A stretch of DNA of 24,188 nucleotides from Elusimicrobiota bacterium (GTDB lineage Bacteria; CG03; SLGR01; JBDRKX01). The stretch's first letter is position 1; the number at the start of each line of letters is the position of its first letter. Location of the stretch: assembly GCA_043813605.1 (NCBI GenBank), contig JBDRKX010000125.1, positions 1 through 24,188 of the forward strand. Direction: 5' to 3'. The notes below the pieces were generated by a model that saw nothing but the letters and a program-made list of their open reading frames with translations, was not told where the DNA came from and ran no database searches. Positions 7,920 through 16,267 of the stretch are shown piece by piece. The position numbers were made by a program, and so were the translations under genes.

Positions 7920-9303
7920 TTGTCACGATCCTCAACACCCTTCCGGCAATATACATCATGTGCCTGACATTATACATCCGGAATATATTACCCAGCAGGA
8001 TTCCGGGCCTGAGATAAAACAGGAGAAAGGCTTTTATCTGTAACAGTTTGAGCTGCCTTTTAGTCAGAGGTCCAACAGTACAGTTGGCATTATAGAATGT
8101 ATTTCTGTCATATTCGTCATCTTTCAGACTGCCGGACTGTTTTAACTGATCATAGATCTGTGTCCCCGGAATAGGCAGAAAATTCATGAACATAGCCCTT
8201 GTAAGCGGAAGTTTGAGCGCCAGTTTTATTGTATCCTTTATGTCATCCGCCGTTTCTCCGGGATACCCCATTATGAAATAACCGCATATATCAAGTCCCG
8301 CTGACCTGATCTCTTTTATCCTTTTTTCAATAAATCCTATTTCAAGCACTTTTCCCATATAGTTCAATATCTTCTGGGAACCTGATTCTATACCTATATG
8401 CACGACATAAAAGCCCGCTTTTTTCATCAGTTGAAGAAGATCGCCGTCAAGCGTGTCTATCCTTATCCCGTTAGGACAGGCTATTTTCAGGTCGATCTTC
8501 TGTTCCAGCAGTGATTCGCAGAACCTGCGTACATAATCCCTGCTGTACGTAAAATTATCATCCAGTATATGGATCTCCCGTATACCGTGTTTCTCATACA
8601 GAAGTTTAAACTCTTCCATCATACTGCTCACGCTCCTGTACCGGACAGTGGTGCCCGTTATCCTGCTGCCGGCGCAAAAAGAACATTCATACGGACAGCC
8701 TCTCGAAACAAGAACAGGCGCAACAGGATATTGTTTCATAAAAGCGCCGATAGGTGAAGGCGGGTAGTCTTCCGGTTTAAGAAGATCCCATGACGGAAAC
8801 CCGAGTTCATCCAGGTTGTCCGAATACTCATTGGCATTAACTTCGATAATCCCGTCTTTTCTCCAGATCAATCCGTTTATCTCTTCAAATGAATCGCATG
8901 TTTCATCATTAGATAGTTTCTTGATAAGACTCGTGAAACCTTTTTCAGCTTCACCGCAAAAAGCGTAGTCAAGGACATTCCCAAAATAATCGAATACTCT
9001 GGATGGTTCACACGAAGGATACGGCCCGCCTATTACCGAAACTATATCAGTATTAAGATCCTTTATTTTCTCAAGATATTCCCTGGCCACATGTTTATCT
9101 ATATTGTAGACCTGTATTCCGACAATATCAGGATCATACCCCTTTACAGCGGCGTTAAGTTCTTTCAAGTTTATTTTATCTTTAAGGCAGTCTATTATCT
9201 TAACATCATGTTCTCTATCAATGTTAGAAGCGAGGTACCCTAATCCGACAGGAGGGATAACGGTATCACTGTATACCCGGGGTTTTATTAACAGTATTTT
9301 CAT
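7912..9303 (-). CDS. B12-binding domain radical SAM protein (class B-like), number 3
   Basis: PPVGLGYLAS, GGPYPS, GEAE, SRGCPYECSFC, DDNFT, GIESGSQ, FIMGYPGET, PIPGT. 8-nt overlap with the downstream gene. Confidence 0.92.
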   Translation of the reverse strand: MKILLIKPRVYSDTVIPPVGLGYLASNIDREHDVKIIDCLKDKINLKELNAAVKGYDPDIVGIQVYNIDKHVAREYLEKIKDLNTDIVSVIGGPYPSCEPSRVFDYFGNVLDYAFCGEAEKGFTSLIKKLSNDETCDSFEEINGLIWRKDGIIEVNANEYSDNLDELGFPSWDLLKPEDYPPSPIGAFMKQYPVAPVLVSRGCPYECSFCAGSRITGTTVRYRSVSSMMEEFKLLYEKHGIREIHILDDNFTYSRDYVRRFCESLLEQKIDLKIACPNGIRIDTLDGDLLQLMKKAGFYVVHIGIESGSQKILNYMGKVLEIGFIEKRIKEIRSAGLDICGYFIMGYPGETADDIKDTIKLALKLPLTRAMFMNFLPIPGTQIYDQLKQSGSLKDDEYDRNTFYNANCTVGPLTKRQLKLLQIKAFLLFYLRPGILLGNIFRMYNVRHMMYIAGRVLRIVTNA

Positions 9304-10754
9304 TTAACGCCGCTTCCGAGCCACAGGCGGCTGGCTATCCGGTAGATCCATTTTTCCGCCATAAAGACAAAACATAAGTTTCTAAGCCTCGCTCTGGCCA
9401 CAGGACGATACAGGCCGGCCAGGAACCTTACGATACGGGGCACACCGTATTCCTCGGTTTTCCTGTCGACAAATAAAGACACAAAATGGAGCGATTCATA
9501 GAATTTCCTGTTATCTGTGCGGATTGTTGTATCCCACTCGCAAAGCGCCCATTCCTCTATAGAAACAGGAGGTTTATACCCAGTCTTCAGCGCTTCTTCA
9601 TACATCCCCGTTCCGGGATACGGCGTATAAAGATATACAGGCTGACATCTTACCAGAGGATTGATCTTCTGCATATCAAATACAAGGCCCACGGTAGCCT
9701 TAACATCGGAATATTCTTCTCCGGGAACTGCTGCAAGAAAACTGCATACAATAACGATATTGCGGTTCTTCAGTCTTTCCATAACCTCCATGATGTCTTG
9801 TACAGTTCCCTGTTTGGACATCATCTTCCTGATCCTTTCTGAACCCGACTCTATACCCACTGTTAAACGCCGGCAGCCGTTCTTTTCCATAAGGCTGAAA
9901 AAAGCATCGTCCATATTCTTTAAGGCCATGATATCAACGCCCTGCACCTGCCAGCTGACACCGATCTCATTCATCCCCTTAATAATATCTTCAGCCCTTT
10001 TCATGTCAATAAAAAAATTATCATCCACAAAATAGACATCTTCAATATCACTGTTCTCCTTGACCAGTTTTCTCAATGATGCCAGCGTTTTTTGGGCCGG
10101 CACAGCCCGCCATCTTCCCCGGTTAAAAACAGTGTTATAACAATAATTACAGCTGTACGGGCATCCGCGTGAACTCTGAAAATAGACGGATTTCCGCCCT
10201 TTGTAGACCGGCAGGTATTTATTCACATCTACAAGATGATACGGCATCTCCGGTAACTCTTCTATCTGAACAAACTCCCTGTCAGCTGTTTTTTCTGGCG
10301 ATCCGTTCTGTTTATGCCAGATACCGCTTACTCCGCTCAATGATTTCCCTGTATCCAATGCTTCAACTACTTTTAAAAAAGTGATCTCCCCTTCTCCCTG
10401 GACAACTATATCAATATATCTGTTTTCCAGGGTCTGTCGGGGTAATAGAGAAGCATGGACTCCGCCCCATACAACAGGTATCTCGTATTTTTCCTTTATA
10501 TATTTAGAAAACTCCACTCCCCCTTTTATCATAGCTCCTGTGAGAGCGGTAACACCGGCACACACAATATCCGCGTCACTTATCCTGTCAACGGCCGCCT
10601 GCCAGTTTTTTTCAGTCCTCTGGTCGATTATGACGACATCATAACTCTTATTCACCAGGCTGACCGCACTTAACAAACCCAGAGGAAGGCTCGGCATTGT
10701 CCGCATCTCATCCATATATCCTATTGCCGGCTGAAACAGTATGACTTTTTTCAT
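9300..10754 (-). CDS. B12-binding domain radical SAM protein (class B-like), number 2
   Basis: LPLGLL, WGGVHAS, QGEGE, SSRGCPYSCNYC, DDNFF, GIESGS, YTPYPGT. ATGA overlaps with both neighbours. Confidence 0.92.
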   Translation of the reverse strand: MKKVILFQPAIGYMDEMRTMPSLPLGLLSAVSLVNKSYDVVIIDQRTEKNWQAAVDRISDADIVCAGVTALTGAMIKGGVEFSKYIKEKYEIPVVWGGVHASLLPRQTLENRYIDIVVQGEGEITFLKVVEALDTGKSLSGVSGIWHKQNGSPEKTADREFVQIEELPEMPYHLVDVNKYLPVYKGRKSVYFQSSRGCPYSCNYCYNTVFNRGRWRAVPAQKTLASLRKLVKENSDIEDVYFVDDNFFIDMKRAEDIIKGMNEIGVSWQVQGVDIMALKNMDDAFFSLMEKNGCRRLTVGIESGSERIRKMMSKQGTVQDIMEVMERLKNRNIVIVCSFLAAVPGEEYSDVKATVGLVFDMQKINPLVRCQPVYLYTPYPGTGMYEEALKTGYKPPVSIEEWALCEWDTTIRTDNRKFYESLHFVSLFVDRKTEEYGVPRIVRFLAGLYRPVARARLRNLCFVFMAEKWIYRIASRLWLGSGVK

Positions 10755-12073
10755 ACCGGTAAACCCTTTTTATAACTTAATATATTTTTACCCAATCCAT
10801 ACCCTGTTAAAATAAGGTTCTTTAATTCGTAAAATGTGCGCACTTTCAGTATTTTCCTTATAATGTATGACGGCCGGCAGTAAAACCTCTTATAGGCAGT
10901 TTTTACTGCTTTTTCGACTTCAACTGATCCGCAGCCGGTCCTGATGCCGGCAAGACCGGTTTTCTTCCTTGGATAGAATATGTTGAAACTGACATAATCA
11001 GGATCAATTTCCATTGCCAGTTCAAGAGATTCTTCAGATGCGTTTTTCTTTTCCCCCGGTAGTCCGAAAATAAAATGCGCTCCCGACATCATCCGGTATT
11101 TCTTTAAAAGCATAAAAGTCTGCAGTATTTTCTCGGTAGGAATATTTTTTTTATATTTTTTCATTATATTACAATCTGCACTTTCAATACCGAACTGGAT
11201 CAGATAACAACCGGCCTCTTTCATCAGGACCAGCAGTTCTTCATCTATTATATCTGCCCGTGAATAACAGTGCCAGTCTATCTTTATCCCCTCTTTTACT
11301 ACATCTTTACAGAACTTTACAGCATGTTCCCTGTCAGCCGCAAAAGTCATATCCGCTATAAAGACCTGTTTTATACCCATACCGGTTATGTCCTTAAGTT
11401 CTCTTAATATCTCATCGTGTTTTCTGAGTTTAAAACCTGATGAGCCGGAATTACAGAAAACACAGCTATACGGACAGCCGTAATTGGTCAATATCGACGT
11501 GAACGGTTTACTCCTGTCGCAGGGATAACGATATCTGCCCAGCGGGAATTTTTTGAACTGCGGCAGGGGATATTCGAAATATTTGCTGTCAGTATCTTCT
11601 TCCGGCACGATGACTTTTTCCGCACAATCAGGGTCATCGATAAGCGCGAGTATTTTTTTGCTCGTGAAATCTATTACTGCGCCATTGATAAAAGGGTTCT
11701 CTGCCAGTACCTTTTCGGCGCCGTCTATAAACACTTCACCGCAGCCTATAGTCAATATATCTTCCATACCATCAATACTCCCTATAAAAGACATATCCTC
11801 ATCATACGATAGAACAGAACTTAAAAAGATTATAACATCAGGAGCAATTGCTTTTATTTCACTCTTACATACATCCGGGTTGAGACCCTGTACTATGGCG
11901 TCGATGACAATGACTTCATGTTCTTGACCAAGAATACCGCTCATAATAAGGAGATCTATGGGGGGCCAGTAATATCCGGCTTTGGATACGGTGCTGCACC
12001 AGTAATCCCGCAGATAGAGAAGACTGCCCGGCGGATTTAAAAGCAATATTCTTTTTCTGTTGCCGTGTTTCAT
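10751..12073 (-). CDS. B12-binding-like domain radical SAM protein, number 1 (divergent N-terminus)
   Basis: LLLNPPG...YWPPIDL N-terminus, NYGCPYSCVFC, DMTF, FGIES, FIFGLPGE. The GGxH-type segment is replaced by GCGEVF. Confidence 0.88.
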   Translation of the reverse strand: MKHGNRKRILLLNPPGSLLYLRDYWCSTVSKAGYYWPPIDLLIMSGILGQEHEVIVIDAIVQGLNPDVCKSEIKAIAPDVIIFLSSVLSYDEDMSFIGSIDGMEDILTIGCGEVFIDGAEKVLAENPFINGAVIDFTSKKILALIDDPDCAEKVIVPEEDTDSKYFEYPLPQFKKFPLGRYRYPCDRSKPFTSILTNYGCPYSCVFCNSGSSGFKLRKHDEILRELKDITGMGIKQVFIADMTFAADREHAVKFCKDVVKEGIKIDWHCYSRADIIDEELLVLMKEAGCYLIQFGIESADCNIMKKYKKNIPTEKILQTFMLLKKYRMMSGAHFIFGLPGEKKNASEESLELAMEIDPDYVSFNIFYPRKKTGLAGIRTGCGSVEVEKAVKTAYKRFYCRPSYIIRKILKVRTFYELKNLILTGYGLGKNILSYKKGLPV

Positions 12074-12153
12074 ATGAACAGATTATTACACAAAGGTACG
12101 TATATTACGATAAACAATATATTTGCCCCCCGGGTTTTCTGCTGAATAATATC

Positions 12154-13632
12154 CTATTCTGCGAGTAGTTCCAACAGTTTCTGGTTGACGATCTTAGGAT
12201 TAGCCTGTCCCTTTGACTCTTTCATAACGGCTCCTACAAGAGCCCCCAGGACACCTTCCTTACCACTCTTGTATTTCTCGACTATTTCCGGGTTTTCCTG
12301 TACGGCTTTTCTGCATATATCTTCTATCTCATCGCCTGAAGTTATCTGTTTTAAACCTTTTTCTTCGATTATATCTTCTGGGGATTTCCCTGAAGCCCAC
12401 ATCTCACTGAAAACATCCTTTGCCATCTTGCCTGAGATAGTACCTTCTTCAATAAGATCGACCAGCCTCGCAAGTTTCTCAGGAGTCAACAGCGCTTGTA
12501 TGCTGTTTATCTCCGTTACAAATCCATTGTCACTGATTTTTGAAGGCAATTCCCTGCCTTCACTATTAATAACAGCAAATAATTCTCCAGATATCCAATT
12601 TATTAATTTGATGACTTTTTCAGGATCAGGATTCTTTAGGCTTTTTGCTGCATGTTCAAAGTATTCAACAAAGCATATCTCTGTAAAAATCTTCTCCAGG
12701 TTTGATTTATCGATTTTATACTGATCTGCCAATTTTTTAATCTTTGTACCGGGAGAATCCGGCATTTTACTTCGTATCTCTTTTATATCTTCTTTTTCTA
12801 CCACCAGTACGGGAAGATCCGGTTCGGGAAAATAGCGGTAATCATTTGCCTCTTCTTTTGACCGCATAGACAGCGTAATTCCCCTGTCGTCATCCCAGAG
12901 TCTGGTCTCCTGCATTATTGTCTCTTTGTCATCAAGTTTTTTTGCCTGCCTTTTTATCTCGTATTCAAGCGCCTTTTCCACCGCTTTAAACGAATTAAGG
13001 TTCTTTATCTCAACTTTTACGCCTAGTTCTGACGCGCCTTTTTCTTTAAGACTTATATTGGCATCACATCTCATAGACCCTTTTTCCATATCACAATCGC
13101 TGACATCATACCATCTGAGGAGATGCCTCATCTTTTTAAGGTAATCCGAAGCAAGCTGCGGTGAATCGATTTCCGGTTCGGATACTATTTCCAGTAAAGG
13201 GCTTCCCGTACGGTTATAATCAACAAGAGACATGGCGTCTGACGTGTGAATAAGTTTACCCGCATCCTCTTCCATATGCGCGCGTGTAAGACGGACTTTT
13301 CTCTCGCCGACATCAACATTCCCGTTCAGCGCTATCGGGAGCTCATACTGCGAAATCTGGTAGTTCTTAGGTAAATCAGGATAAAAATACTGTTTTCTGG
13401 CAAATACTGATTTTTCCTGTACATCACAGTTCAATGCAAGCGAAGCTTTTACCGCCTGCTCCACAGCTTTTTTATTTATTACCGGAAGCGTGCCCGGCTG
13501 ACCGGTACAGACCGGGCATATCTGAGTATTAGCATCATGACTGAATCCATTGGTGCACCTGCAGAACAGCTTTGTGGCCGTCTTCAGGTGGACATGCACC
13601 TCGAGCCCGATAACTATATCGTATTCACTCAT
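12154..13632 (-). CDS. gatB: Asp-tRNA(Asn)/Glu-tRNA(Gln) amidotransferase subunit B
   Basis: IGLEVHVHL, YFYPDLPKNYQISQ, HMEEDAGK, MRCDANIS, YRYFPEPDLP. Confidence 0.98.
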   Translation of the reverse strand: MSEYDIVIGLEVHVHLKTATKLFCRCTNGFSHDANTQICPVCTGQPGTLPVINKKAVEQAVKASLALNCDVQEKSVFARKQYFYPDLPKNYQISQYELPIALNGNVDVGERKVRLTRAHMEEDAGKLIHTSDAMSLVDYNRTGSPLLEIVSEPEIDSPQLASDYLKKMRHLLRWYDVSDCDMEKGSMRCDANISLKEKGASELGVKVEIKNLNSFKAVEKALEYEIKRQAKKLDDKETIMQETRLWDDDRGITLSMRSKEEANDYRYFPEPDLPVLVVEKEDIKEIRSKMPDSPGTKIKKLADQYKIDKSNLEKIFTEICFVEYFEHAAKSLKNPDPEKVIKLINWISGELFAVINSEGRELPSKISDNGFVTEINSIQALLTPEKLARLVDLIEEGTISGKMAKDVFSEMWASGKSPEDIIEEKGLKQITSGDEIEDICRKAVQENPEIVEKYKSGKEGVLGALVGAVMKESKGQANPKIVNQKLLELLAE

Positions 13633-15079
13633 TCGGGTATGTTCCCTCTATTACGCGGCCGGCTGTAAACAGGCGCCTGTCTTCCAGCAGGGGCGCCATA
13701 AACTGTATACCTATGGGTAATCCTTTAGAATCTGTTCCCGCAGGAATACTTATAGCAGGGATGCCTACAAGGTTACTGGATATCGTATATATGTCGGATA
13801 AATACATTGTCAAAGGATCTTCTGTCTTCTCGCCTATTTTGAAAGCTGTTGTCGGAGTAGTCGGCGAGAGTATCATGTCTACTTGACTGAAAACATTTTC
13901 AAAATCCGCTTTCATCAGGTTCCGCACCTTCTGAGCTTTCAGATAATACGCATCATAATAACCGGAACTGAGGGCGTATGTGCCGAGCATTATCCTTCTC
14001 TTGACCTCGGACCCGAATCCCTCCTGTCTTGTTTTCAGGTAATCTTCCATAAGATCTTTGCCGTTTCCTGTCCTGAGCCCGTATTTAACCCCGTCGTATC
14101 TTGCCAGGTTTGCCGACGCTTCTGCCGGGGCTACTATATAATAGACAGCTACGGCATATTTAGTTAGCGGCAGCGAGACTTCTTGTACTTCTGCCCCTGC
14201 TTTCACCAGTATACCCGCTGTTTCCTCAAGCCGGGAACGGATCTCGGGATCCAGCCCGTCCAGTAAATACTCTTTAGGAATACCGAATTTCAGGCCGTTT
14301 ACTCCGTCGTTTACGCCGGAAACGATATCCAGCGTTTTTTCATCCGCATAATTTTCCGGATTATAACTCGTTGAATCTTTCGGATCATAACCGGCTATTA
14401 CCTCAAGTATCAATGCCGCGTCTTCCACGTTCAGAGCAAAAGGGCCTATCTGATCCAGCGAAGAAGCGAATGCAACAAGCCCGTATCTCGATACCAGTCC
14501 GTATGTCGGTTTCATGCCCACGACACCGCACATAGCCGCCGGCTGGCGGATGGAACCGCCGGTATCGGATCCGAGAGAAGCAAAAACATGCTTATCGGCT
14601 ACAACTGCCGCCGAACCCGAAGACGAGCCGCCCGGTATCCTGTTTATATCGGCAGGATTTTTCACAGGTCCGAAATAAGATGTCTCTCCTGAAGAACCCA
14701 TGGCAAACTCATCCATATTGGTTTTTCCAACTATAACCGCGCCCTCGTCTATTATCTTCTGTACAGCTGTCGCAGTGTACGGCGAGTTATAATTCTTAAG
14801 GATATTTGAACCGCAGGTCGTGGCAGTTCCCTCGAGGAGCATGTTATCTTTGATCGCAACGGGTATTCCGGCAAGACGGCCGATTTTCTCTCCCCCTCCG
14901 GCTTTTATGCGTTCATCCAGCCTGTCTGCCGCTAACCGGGCTTTTTCGGAAAGAAGCGGGGGTACATATGAATTAAGCTTTTCCTGTCCCGCCTCGATCA
15001 GAGGCAGATATTTCTCGAGCAGCTCTCTCGAGGACAACTCGCCTGAGCGGATCTTATCAACCGTCTTTATAATGGACAT
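13625..15079 (-). CDS. gatA: Glutamyl-tRNA(Gln) amidotransferase subunit A
   Basis: Amidase signature GKTNMDEFAMGSS, PGGSSSGSA, LGSDTGGSIRQPAA, LARYDG, YYDAYYLKAQKVR. Confidence 0.98.
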   Translation of the reverse strand: MSIIKTVDKIRSGELSSRELLEKYLPLIEAGQEKLNSYVPPLLSEKARLAADRLDERIKAGGGEKIGRLAGIPVAIKDNMLLEGTATTCGSNILKNYNSPYTATAVQKIIDEGAVIVGKTNMDEFAMGSSGETSYFGPVKNPADINRIPGGSSSGSAAVVADKHVFASLGSDTGGSIRQPAAMCGVVGMKPTYGLVSRYGLVAFASSLDQIGPFALNVEDAALILEVIAGYDPKDSTSYNPENYADEKTLDIVSGVNDGVNGLKFGIPKEYLLDGLDPEIRSRLEETAGILVKAGAEVQEVSLPLTKYAVAVYYIVAPAEASANLARYDGVKYGLRTGNGKDLMEDYLKTRQEGFGSEVKRRIMLGTYALSSGYYDAYYLKAQKVRNLMKADFENVFSQVDMILSPTTPTTAFKIGEKTEDPLTMYLSDIYTISSNLVGIPAISIPAGTDSKGLPIGIQFMAPLLEDRRLFTAGRVIEGTYPNE

Positions 15080-15381
15080 TATTCGATTACTTTTTTTACC
15101 CTGAAATATTCAGGATCATCAGGCGGGCTTGGATCCGGCGCATTTTTTAACAATTCTTCCCTGTTTTCATATTCCAAATGGTTATCTTCTGCAAGTCTCA
15201 GTTTATCCATCAGTTCACCCAGCGGCTGACCCATGGGCTGGATCTCCCCTGTATCAAGTTTCGTCAGCTGATCTATATAATTCAGGATATTAGACAGTTG
15301 TTCAGGAAACTTCTGTTTCTCTTCGGGAGTAAATTCAAGTCTTGCCAGTATAGCTACTTTGTCTACTTGTTTGGCATCCAT
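15079..15381 (-). CDS. gatC: Amidotransferase subunit C (start corrected to ATG 15381)
   Basis: MDAKQVDKVAILARLEF...LSNILNYIDQL..LDT...LLKNAP...YFRVKKVIE. The first 60 codons of the track ORF overlap the upstream gene and are not GatC-like. Confidence 0.93.
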   Translation of the reverse strand: MDAKQVDKVAILARLEFTPEEKQKFPEQLSNILNYIDQLTKLDTGEIQPMGQPLGELMDKLRLAEDNHLEYENREELLKNAPDPSPPDDPEYFRVKKVIE

Positions 15382-15389
15382 AGGATTGC

Positions 15390-15767
15390 TTAAACCATTA
15401 TATATAGTACCAGTCCACCGGCCGCCATTATTGCTCCTATTAAAGTTATGGGGCCTTTTTCGGCATAGAACCACATCGTAAGTCTGCTGACGGTTCCCGG
15501 AATAATTATTGTGAATGTACCGTACAATCCCATAAAAATTCCTGAAACAGTAATGATCCAATGCGCCAGCGGAGACGCCAGTCCGGCCCTTCCCGCGTAT
15601 ACAAGTATCAGACCGGCCAGTATCATAAAAAGACCGGCCGACCTCTTCTGGCCGGAAGGCAGTTGGTTGTAATCCTCTGTCACTTTCTTTGTATACAACG
15701 GAAACACAGACATCATGAGCCCCTCAATCATAATAAATACACACACGATCTTTGCTATTAAGATCAT
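15390..15767 (-). CDS. Small four-helix membrane protein, DUF2065-like
   Basis: 125 aa. The IEGL..SVFP...QLP...RSAGL pattern resembles DUF2065, and a second similar helical hairpin follows. ATGA-coupled to folK. Confidence 0.6.
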   Translation of the reverse strand: MILIAKIVCVFIMIEGLMMSVFPLYTKKVTEDYNQLPSGQKRSAGLFMILAGLILVYAGRAGLASPLAHWIITVSGIFMGLYGTFTIIIPGTVSRLTMWFYAEKGPITLIGAIMAAGGLVLYIMV

Positions 15768-16267
15768 CTGTCTTTCCAGAATCCGTCTATTTTCTTTATT
15801 TTACTGCGGTCAGGACATTCTTCAAGCAGTTCAGATACAGTGAGCTGCATGGCAGGATGTACAAATTCCGGATATATATCAGCTGCAGGCTGAAGGACAA
15901 AAAGCCTGTCCTGGAGTGCAGGATGAGGCACTGTAAGCCTGTTGTCGGCCATTATTATATCTCCGACGAATACTATATCTATATCTATTACTCTTGGACC
16001 GTTTTTTTCATCTCTTTTTCTACCCAGCCGGTCCTCCACCGACGATGTTATTTCATGTATTTCCGGTGGATTGATATCTGTCCTGAATCCAACACAGCAG
16101 TTGTAGAAATCATCCTGATCCTCATAATAAAGAGGCGGTGTCTCGTATACGGGACTTTTTTTGAATTTTTTCCCGAACTTCTTTTCAAGTATGCTTACCG
16201 CCTCAATAATACACGCAGCCCGGTCTCCCGTATTGGATCCTATTGACAGTACTACTAAGTTTTCCAT
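15764..16267 (-). CDS. folK: 2-amino-4-hydroxy-6-hydroxymethyldihydropteridine diphosphokinase
   Basis: LSIGSNTGDR, SPVYETPP, QDDFYN, GPRVIDIDI, LTVPHP..QDRLFVL. Confidence 0.96.
   Translation of the reverse strand: MENLVVLSIGSNTGDRAACIIEAVSILEKKFGKKFKKSPVYETPPLYYEDQDDFYNCCVGFRTDINPPEIHEITSSVEDRLGRKRDEKNGPRVIDIDIVFVGDIIMADNRLTVPHPALQDRLFVLQPAADIYPEFVHPAMQLTVSELLEECPDRSKIKKIDGFWKDR

Noticed and set aside
5298..12073. Naming the radical SAM genes miaB, rimO, bchE, hpnJ or hpnP
   Set aside because: Only family-level motifs are visible. TRAM is absent and there is no photosynthesis or hopanoid context.
12480..12570. Apparent short insertion in the GatB C-terminal domain (LPSKISDNGFVTEINSIQALL)
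   Set aside because: In frame, in a variable region, and with no intein or repeat features.
15382..15561. N-terminal extension of gatC in the ORF track (similar extensions on dapB, FAH and dapL)
   Set aside because: These overlap upstream genes. Downstream starts fit family lengths and RBS or stop-start coupling better.
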